Assembly: GCF_000009705.1 (NCBI RefSeq)
Contig: NC_003272.1
Location: 540,001-572,000, forward strand
From: Nostoc sp. PCC 7120 = FACHB-418
GTDB lineage: Bacteria; Cyanobacteriota; Cyanobacteriia; Cyanobacteriales; Nostocaceae
Reading direction: 5' to 3'
Length of the DNA: 32,000 nucleotides
Below, piece after piece: positions 26,585 through 32,000 of this stretch (positions are counted from its first letter, which is position 1; each line of letters opens with the position of its first letter). Under the pieces are notes generated by a model that did no database searches, was not told the origin of the DNA, and saw only the letters and a list, made by a program, of their open reading frames with translations. Made by a program: the position numbers and the translations under genes.

Positions 26585-27409
26585 CTATCTCACCACTTGT
26601 AAACGCTGCGTCACCATTGTCATACCATCTCCACGAAGGATAACGGCGGAAATCCAGCGATTACCTGGGGTGGATGGGGCGCGTCCAACTTTAAAGAGAC
26701 CACCGGAATTGAGTAATTGCAAATCTACAGATGTGGGGTTGAGATATTTAGCAGGTTGAATTGCTTCTTCTAATGCTGTTCCCAATAGCAAATCTTCCCC
26801 TAAAGGTTCTTGGACGATCGCATCAAAATTATACTGCTGTCCAACTTTTACCTGTTGTGGTAATTTAACATCTACTTGGGGAGGCTTGTTACCAGAAGTA
26901 ATTAAGGTACGTTCCGCTAGAATTTCTTGGCGAGAAATTTTTCCGCCTGTAATACGCTGACGGGATCTAATAGTGGCATTGAGAGCCAAGTTATTATTTC
27001 CTGACGCTGAACCAGTAATGTTAGTAACAGTTTCTGCGATAATGGCGTTACCTTCAGACTTCCATGACTGTAGTTGTGTGGTGTATTGCAATTTGGGGTA
27101 ACGCTGCCAAAATTTTACTAAGGCTTGTTCCAGAGTTTGGCGGTTTAACCCATCCCCATGAGTGAAAGTGGGGGTATAAAACTGCAATACTCCTTTAATA
27201 TCCCCTTTACTAGCCGCAGCATCAATTTGCGTCAACAGACTTTTTAATTCAGTAGGGGCGTTTTGGGTAGTTCTAGTCTGAGCTACTTCGATTGCTTGGG
27301 TAGGTTGCCAAATGTTGACAAGACCCAAGGATAAAATACACAAAATCAGCCAAATGCTACGAGGAAATCTACTTTGGCGTTTCAGTAACAAAAAAATCAT
27401 CTTTGTCAT
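26585..27409 (-). CDS. Conserved hypothetical exported or membrane-anchored protein, NTF2/SnoaL-like N-domain
   Basis: 274 aa with an N-terminal hydrophobic anchor (IWLILCILSLGLVNIW). LLTQIDAAASKGDIKGVLQFYTPTFTHGDGL...LVKFWQRYP resembles DUF4440/SnoaL-like domains. Family call from motif recall only. Confidence 0.55.
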   Translation of the reverse strand: MTKMIFLLLKRQSRFPRSIWLILCILSLGLVNIWQPTQAIEVAQTRTTQNAPTELKSLLTQIDAAASKGDIKGVLQFYTPTFTHGDGLNRQTLEQALVKFWQRYPKLQYTTQLQSWKSEGNAIIAETVTNITGSASGNNNLALNATIRSRQRITGGKISRQEILAERTLITSGNKPPQVDVKLPQQVKVGQQYNFDAIVQEPLGEDLLLGTALEEAIQPAKYLNPTSVDLQLLNSGGLFKVGRAPSTPGNRWISAVILRGDGMTMVTQRLQVVR

Positions 27410-27493
27410 AGCGAAGAGTTTACTGATGGGAGTGGAGAAGGACAGGAAATTGTTTTATCTTAGTTAAGCTAGGCGCTAAACGGTAGAGTTTGC

Positions 27494-28567
27494 ATGGTAA
27501 ACGCACCAATAAAATTACTAATAGCTGCCAGTGGGACTGGTGGACACTTGTTTCCGGCGATCGCACTGGCAGAAAAACTACCAGACTATGAGATTGAATG
27601 GCTTGGTGTTCCCAATCGCCTAGAGACTCAGCTAGTCCCTAAACAATATCCTTTGAATACTATTGCAGTCGAAGGGTTTCAGCAAGGCTTGGGAATTTCA
27701 TCTTTAGTCATATTAGGTAAACTGATCGGTTCAATCCTGAAAGTCCGCCGACTGTTGAAACAAGGTAATTTTCAAGGAGTCGTGACTACAGGTGGATATA
27801 TCGCCGGGCCAGCAGTGATTGCGGCGCGTTCTCTGGGTTTACCTGTAATTTTTCATGAATCTAACGCCTTACCTGGCAAAGTAACCCGCTTTTTTGGCCC
27901 TTGGTGTAGTGTAGTCGCCTTAGGATTTGACGTGGCTACCAAGTATCTACCCCGCGCTACAAGTGTTTGTGTGGGTACTCCAGTGCGATCGCAATTCTTA
28001 AATCTAGGTAATAATTCGCAACTAGATTTAGCCATTCCTGGAGATGTCCCTGTAATTGTGGTGTTTGGTGGTAGCCAAGGCGCGGTGGCGGTAAATCAGT
28101 TGGTGCGTCAAGCGGCTCCAGCTTGGTTTGAGGCTGGGGCTTACGTGGTACATTTGACAGGCGATCGCGATCCCGATGTTGATAGTCTCAAGCATCCCCA
28201 ATATATAGAATTACCCTTCTACGACAATATGGCCGCCTTGCTGCAACGGGCTAATTTAGCAATTAGCCGTTCTGGTGCTGGTAGCTTAACAGAATTGACA
28301 GTATGTGGCACACCGGCAATTTTGATTCCCTACCCCTTTGCGGCGGAAGACCATCAATCTTACAACGCCGAGGTATTTACCAAAGCTGGCGCAGCGTTAA
28401 CCTTTAAGCAATCTGATTTGACAGCAGAGTTATTGCAAACTCAAGTTTTAAATTTATTACAATCCCCCACAGAGTTAGCCAAAATGGGGGAAAATGCCAA
28501 GGCGATCGCTGTTCCCGATAGCGCTGATAAGTTGGCGACTCTAGTACGGGAAGTTGTGGAGAGATGA
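27494..28567 (+). CDS. murG: UDP-N-acetylglucosamine--N-acetylmuramyl-(pentapeptide) pyrophosphoryl-undecaprenol GlcNAc transferase
   Basis: 357 aa with ASGTGGHLFPAIALAE (the G-loop of MurG), GGYIAGP, VFGGSQGA and RSGAGSLTELTVCGTPAILIPYP. Confidence 0.93.
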   Translation: MVNAPIKLLIAASGTGGHLFPAIALAEKLPDYEIEWLGVPNRLETQLVPKQYPLNTIAVEGFQQGLGISSLVILGKLIGSILKVRRLLKQGNFQGVVTTGGYIAGPAVIAARSLGLPVIFHESNALPGKVTRFFGPWCSVVALGFDVATKYLPRATSVCVGTPVRSQFLNLGNNSQLDLAIPGDVPVIVVFGGSQGAVAVNQLVRQAAPAWFEAGAYVVHLTGDRDPDVDSLKHPQYIELPFYDNMAALLQRANLAISRSGAGSLTELTVCGTPAILIPYPFAAEDHQSYNAEVFTKAGAALTFKQSDLTAELLQTQVLNLLQSPTELAKMGENAKAIAVPDSADKLATLVREVVER

Positions 28568-28700
28568 ATCAATTCAAAATTCAAAATTCAAAATACCCTA
28601 CGGGTTCGCGTAGTGTCCTCGTTCGCGTTAGCGTCTCCGTTCGCGCAGCGTCTCCGACAGGAGAAGGAGAAGAGTAGGCTACGCCAACAAAATTCGAAAC
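28567..28700. repeat. Dispersed-repeat element in the convergent murG/WD40 spacer
   Basis: It begins with the same 16-mer aatcaattcaaaattc as 14579-14594. Then come caaaatt repeats and three gttcgcg-containing units (gttcgcgtagtgtcctc / gttcgcgttagcgtctcc / gttcgcgcagcgtctcc). A long-range inverted pair gcgtag...ctacgc is also present. Confidence 0.5.
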
Positions 28701-28721
28701 AAAGAGTCAACTGTCAACGTC

Positions 28722-31700
28722 TCACCTGTTACTAGTATCAGGGCATAAGGTGCGATCGCTCTTTGCCACATCCAAATTAGTTTTTAAGTAATCTTGTAGT
28801 AAATTACACCCTCGTACTAGTAAATTTTCTAGTTTAATTTCAGCTAAATTCAGGAAAATCACTTTACCATTCCCGCCGCCTACTGCCAAAATTTGACTGT
28901 CAGGACTGAAGGTAACACTGGTTAATTCATCTTTGTCGCCTTTTAAAACCATGAGCAATGTCCCTTTCTGGTTCCACAGCCTGATTTGATCATCACTATT
29001 AGCAGCTAACATCTTACCGTCAGGGCTAAAACTGACACTAATAAAACTATCACCATCACCCGGTAGATTTCTTGACAGGCTACCATCTCGATTCCACAGC
29101 TTAACTGTCCCGTCGATACTTGCAGAAGCTAAAATTTGCCCATCTGGCGACCATGCTACCCCGTTTACCCGGCGGCTATGTTCCTTGAGGGTGTGGAGTA
29201 GTTGACCGTCTCGACTCCATAACTTCACGGTGGTATCATCGCTGACGGAGGCTAACAACTTACCGTCAGGGCTAAAACTGACCCAATTAACTGCATCGGT
29301 ATGACCTTGTAAGGTGTGGAGTAGTTGCCCTCCCTGGCTCCAGATTTTCACTATTTTATCTTTACCAGCTGAAGCTATAACTTGACTATCTGACGACCAG
29401 GCTACAGCTAAAACTGCATCTTGATGACCTTGTAAGGTATGTAATATTTTGCCATCTTGATGCCATAATTTCACCGTTTGATCTTTACTGGCTGAGGCTA
29501 TCATCTGCCGATTTGGCGACCATGCTACGCCCCAAATTGATCCTGTATGCCCCTTGAAGGTGTTTAATAGTTTCCCATGCCGAGATAAAATTTTGACAGT
29601 TTGGTCTCGACTCGCCGCCGCCAAAGTTTCACCATCAGAACTAAAGCTAATACTTGTCACCCAGTCATTACCATCACCTTTGGGATTTCGTAATAGCACT
29701 TCATCCCAGCGCCAGAGTGTCACCGTTTTATCTCGGCTACCAGAGGCAAAGATGCGACCGTCAGGGCTAAAACTCACACTATTTACCCAACTGTTATGAC
29801 CCTTTAAGGTTCCCAACAGCAGGCCTTGAGGACTCCAAAGTTTCAAAGTTGCATCAATACTGGCGGAACCAATAGTTTCACCGTTAGGGCTGAAGGTAAC
29901 GGCTGTGACTCCCGCCGTGTGTCCTGATAAGGTTTTTAATAAATTACCTTGGCGATTCCACAGTTTAATAGTCTGATCAAAACTGGCGGTGGCAATTGTT
30001 TCACCCTTGGGCGACCATGCTACACCCAAGATTGCATCATCATGACCTTGCCAGGTTTTGAGTAGTTTACCGTCCCGATTCCAAAGCTTGATGTTTTTGT
30101 CAGCACCTACGGAAGCGAGAGTTTGACCATCAGGTGTCCAAGCTATGCCCAAAACTGCATCATTATGACCTGATAAAGTGTTGAGTAATTTCCCTTCTCG
30201 ACTCCATAGTTTTACCGTCTTGTCGCTACTCCCAGAAGCAATCAGGGAACCATCGGGGCTAAAACTAGCATTATTTACTACATCCCCATGCCCTTGTAGA
30301 GTAGTCACTAATTGACCAACTCGGTTCCATAGTTTGACTGTTTTGTCTTGGCTAGCGGACGCAATTAACAAGGCATCAGGGCTGAAGTTGACGCTATTGA
30401 CTACATTGGTATGTTTAGACAAGGTGTTAATTAAGCTGCCATCACTACGCCAGAGATTGATAGTATTATCGGCGCTGGCGGAAGCAATCAGGGAACCATC
30501 GGGGCTGAAGACCGCACTGTTTACTCCTGCGGTATGCCCCTCTAAGCGGTTGTATTCCCTCACTCCCACAACGGCTTGATAGAGTGCTGTCTGTACCTGT
30601 TCTCTGGTGTAAGGGTCTACCCAAATAGCCCGTTGCAGTTTTCTGGCGGCTTTGACACCTTCTTTCACCGCATCAAGCCCTTTTTGGGAAGCAAACAGGG
30701 CTTCACTGGAGACGCTGAGGGTTTTAATTTCGCTGTCTACTGCCGTAATAATAGAAACACTTAACCCCAGAATGGCGAGACATGAGGCAGTCAGGGCAAT
30801 TTTCAGTGAACGATTCAGCTTGGCTTCACTTAGCCTTTGTTGTTTCTGGCTTTCGGCTAGTTGGGCGGTTAATTCCTTTTCTTTCAGTTCCCCACGTAAT
30901 TGTTCAATTTCTAGTTGAGTTAGTTCCTCTCGCTTGCGTAATTCCCGCAATTCCGTGACTAAATCTAAACCCTGTTGGGGATGAGTATCTGTGAGTTTAG
31001 ATTGCTTTTTTTGGCTGAGTTCGCTTTTGAGGCGGGCAATTTCACTTTGACTTTGTTGGACTTTACGGCGTAATTGGTCAAGTTGTGCTTGTAAGCTGGA
31101 TTCCTGTTGTTGGAGATAACGAATTAAATCGACTAAATAATCATGAATTAGTTGATAACGTTCGGGAATATCAGGAAACAACACAACTAAGCCAGAATTA
31201 ACTAAAATATCTAAGACCAAATCTAATTTTTCAGGGTCTTCTAACTCTGCCAATTCAGTAGCTAATTCGGCACGGGTTTTAAAAGGTCGTTTGTTGCTTT
31301 CATCTGTTAACAAATATAAAACAAGTAAAGCTGCACGCTCATTTTCAGGGCCACACTCTTTGATTAGTTCTTTGATATATCTTTCTATGAGTTTGTTTGG
31401 TCGATATTGCTGATATTGTTTTAAGGTATTAATGCGCTCATCTTGGATTTGTGCGCCAACCACCTGCAATTCAATGGGGCGGACTTCTCCTAGTTCGGTT
31501 GATAAATCTTCCACCACCGCATCAATTAAAGCTGGTTCCAAATTGACTTGAGAACGTGCTGTTAATTTTTGAATTATGACTTTGGCATATTCTGGCGAAA
31601 AATTATTTAATTGATAACGAATTTGTTTATCGAGAATATTATTATTAATCGCTTCCAGGTAGGAAAGATGTTTAAATTCTAATAAGCGATGTAAATAATC

Positions 31701-32000
31701 TTCTCTAATGGAAAGAATGATTTTGACAAAGGATATATTCAGACATTGACTAAGAAATTGATCAAATTCTTTTTTCTGTTGACGATCGCTATAACCAAAG
31801 AAGAATTCTTCAAACTGGTCGAAAATCAGCACCGTGATCAGGTGGTTGTTGGCATTTTGGCGTAATTGTCCTAATATATCAGCGATCGCCATCGGTCGAG
31901 CATAGCCTATATCCATCGGCGGTGTCGGTGTTGATAAAATCTCCGGCGCAATGCTGACATCTCCGGAAATATGAGTCACAGCCTCAGTTAAAGCCTTCCC
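28722..32000 (-). CDS. STAND-type NTPase / coiled-coil / TM / multi-WD40-repeat protein; the 5' end runs off the right edge
   Basis: The frame stays open upstream of the listed Met at 31979 (..GKALTEAVTHISGD), so the gene is N-terminally truncated by the window. VLIFDQFEEFFF is Walker-B-like. A long coiled coil follows (QLDQLRRKVQQSQSEIARLKSEL...). One hydrophobic helix is present (IALTASCLAILGLSVSIITAV). Then come about 14 units of GH..V..V.FSPDG..IAS.S.DKTVKLW, roughly 28790-30560. Confidence 0.9.
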   Translation of the reverse strand, partial: GKALTEAVTHISGDVSIAPEILSTPTPPMDIGYARPMAIADILGQLRQNANNHLITVLIFDQFEEFFFGYSDRQQKKEFDQFLSQCLNISFVKIILSIREDYLHRLLEFKHLSYLEAINNNILDKQIRYQLNNFSPEYAKVIIQKLTARSQVNLEPALIDAVVEDLSTELGEVRPIELQVVGAQIQDERINTLKQYQQYRPNKLIERYIKELIKECGPENERAALLVLYLLTDESNKRPFKTRAELATELAELEDPEKLDLVLDILVNSGLVVLFPDIPERYQLIHDYLVDLIRYLQQQESSLQAQLDQLRRKVQQSQSEIARLKSELSQKKQSKLTDTHPQQGLDLVTELRELRKREELTQLEIEQLRGELKEKELTAQLAESQKQQRLSEAKLNRSLKIALTASCLAILGLSVSIITAVDSEIKTLSVSSEALFASQKGLDAVKEGVKAARKLQRAIWVDPYTREQVQTALYQAVVGVREYNRLEGHTAGVNSAVFSPDGSLIASASADNTINLWRSDGSLINTLSKHTNVVNSVNFSPDALLIASASQDKTVKLWNRVGQLVTTLQGHGDVVNNASFSPDGSLIASGSSDKTVKLWSREGKLLNTLSGHNDAVLGIAWTPDGQTLASVGADKNIKLWNRDGKLLKTWQGHDDAILGVAWSPKGETIATASFDQTIKLWNRQGNLLKTLSGHTAGVTAVTFSPNGETIGSASIDATLKLWSPQGLLLGTLKGHNSWVNSVSFSPDGRIFASGSRDKTVTLWRWDEVLLRNPKGDGNDWVTSISFSSDGETLAAASRDQTVKILSRHGKLLNTFKGHTGSIWGVAWSPNRQMIASASKDQTVKLWHQDGKILHTLQGHQDAVLAVAWSSDSQVIASAGKDKIVKIWSQGGQLLHTLQGHTDAVNWVSFSPDGKLLASVSDDTTVKLWSRDGQLLHTLKEHSRRVNGVAWSPDGQILASASIDGTVKLWNRDGSLSRNLPGDGDSFISVSFSPDGKMLAANSDDQIRLWNQKGTLLMVLKGDKDELTSVTFSPDSQILAVGGGNGKVIFLNLAEIKLENLLVRGCNLLQDYLKTNLDVAKSDRTLCPDTSNR

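Noticed and set aside
29554-30918. Plus-strand ORFs of 62-88 aa with repetitive translations
   Set aside because: They are the reverse-frame echo of the WD40 repeat units, and their periodicity comes from the minus-strand repeats.
1-32000. tRNA, rRNA or tmRNA genes
   Set aside because: I scanned the intergenic regions by eye for T-loop-like GGTTCGAAT/GATTCGAACC signatures and cloverleaf-sized GC-rich blocks and found none. A proper tRNAscan or Infernal run has not been done.

Overview
The window looks like chromosomal DNA from a heterocyst-forming cyanobacterium (Nostoc/Anabaena type). The evidence is frequent HIP1 octamers (GCGATCGC) and STRR-like heptamer arrays in intergenic spacers. Housekeeping or stress genes I recognise: a CobG-CobH cobalamin fusion gene behind a cobalamin riboswitch (both absent from the ORF track, found by manual translation), dps, a GSP17M/ChaB membrane protein, a giant TamB-like protein, a ZIP metal transporter, an SDR oxidoreductase, murG, and a STAND/WD40 protein running off the right edge. 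The main finding is a tightly packed nine-gene minus-strand operon (11768-21297) that reads as a type IV secretion system-like apparatus in the order VirB2-like, VirB3-like, VirB4 ATPase, VirB5-like, VirB6-like, two VirB8-like paralogs, VirB10-like, VirB9-like. It has one ATPase only. I see no VirB11, VirD4 coupling protein, relaxase, integrase or lytic transglycosylase in the window. HIP1 sites run through it and core genes flank it, with the TamB-like gene immediately downstream on the same strand. This fits a long-resident, functionally uncharacterised cyanobacterial T4SS-like machine (possibly the computationally defined MPF-C class, or a ComB-like DNA-uptake system) rather than a recently acquired conjugative element. 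Apart from VirB4 and VirB10, the family calls rest on topology, motif recall and synteny, not on searches.
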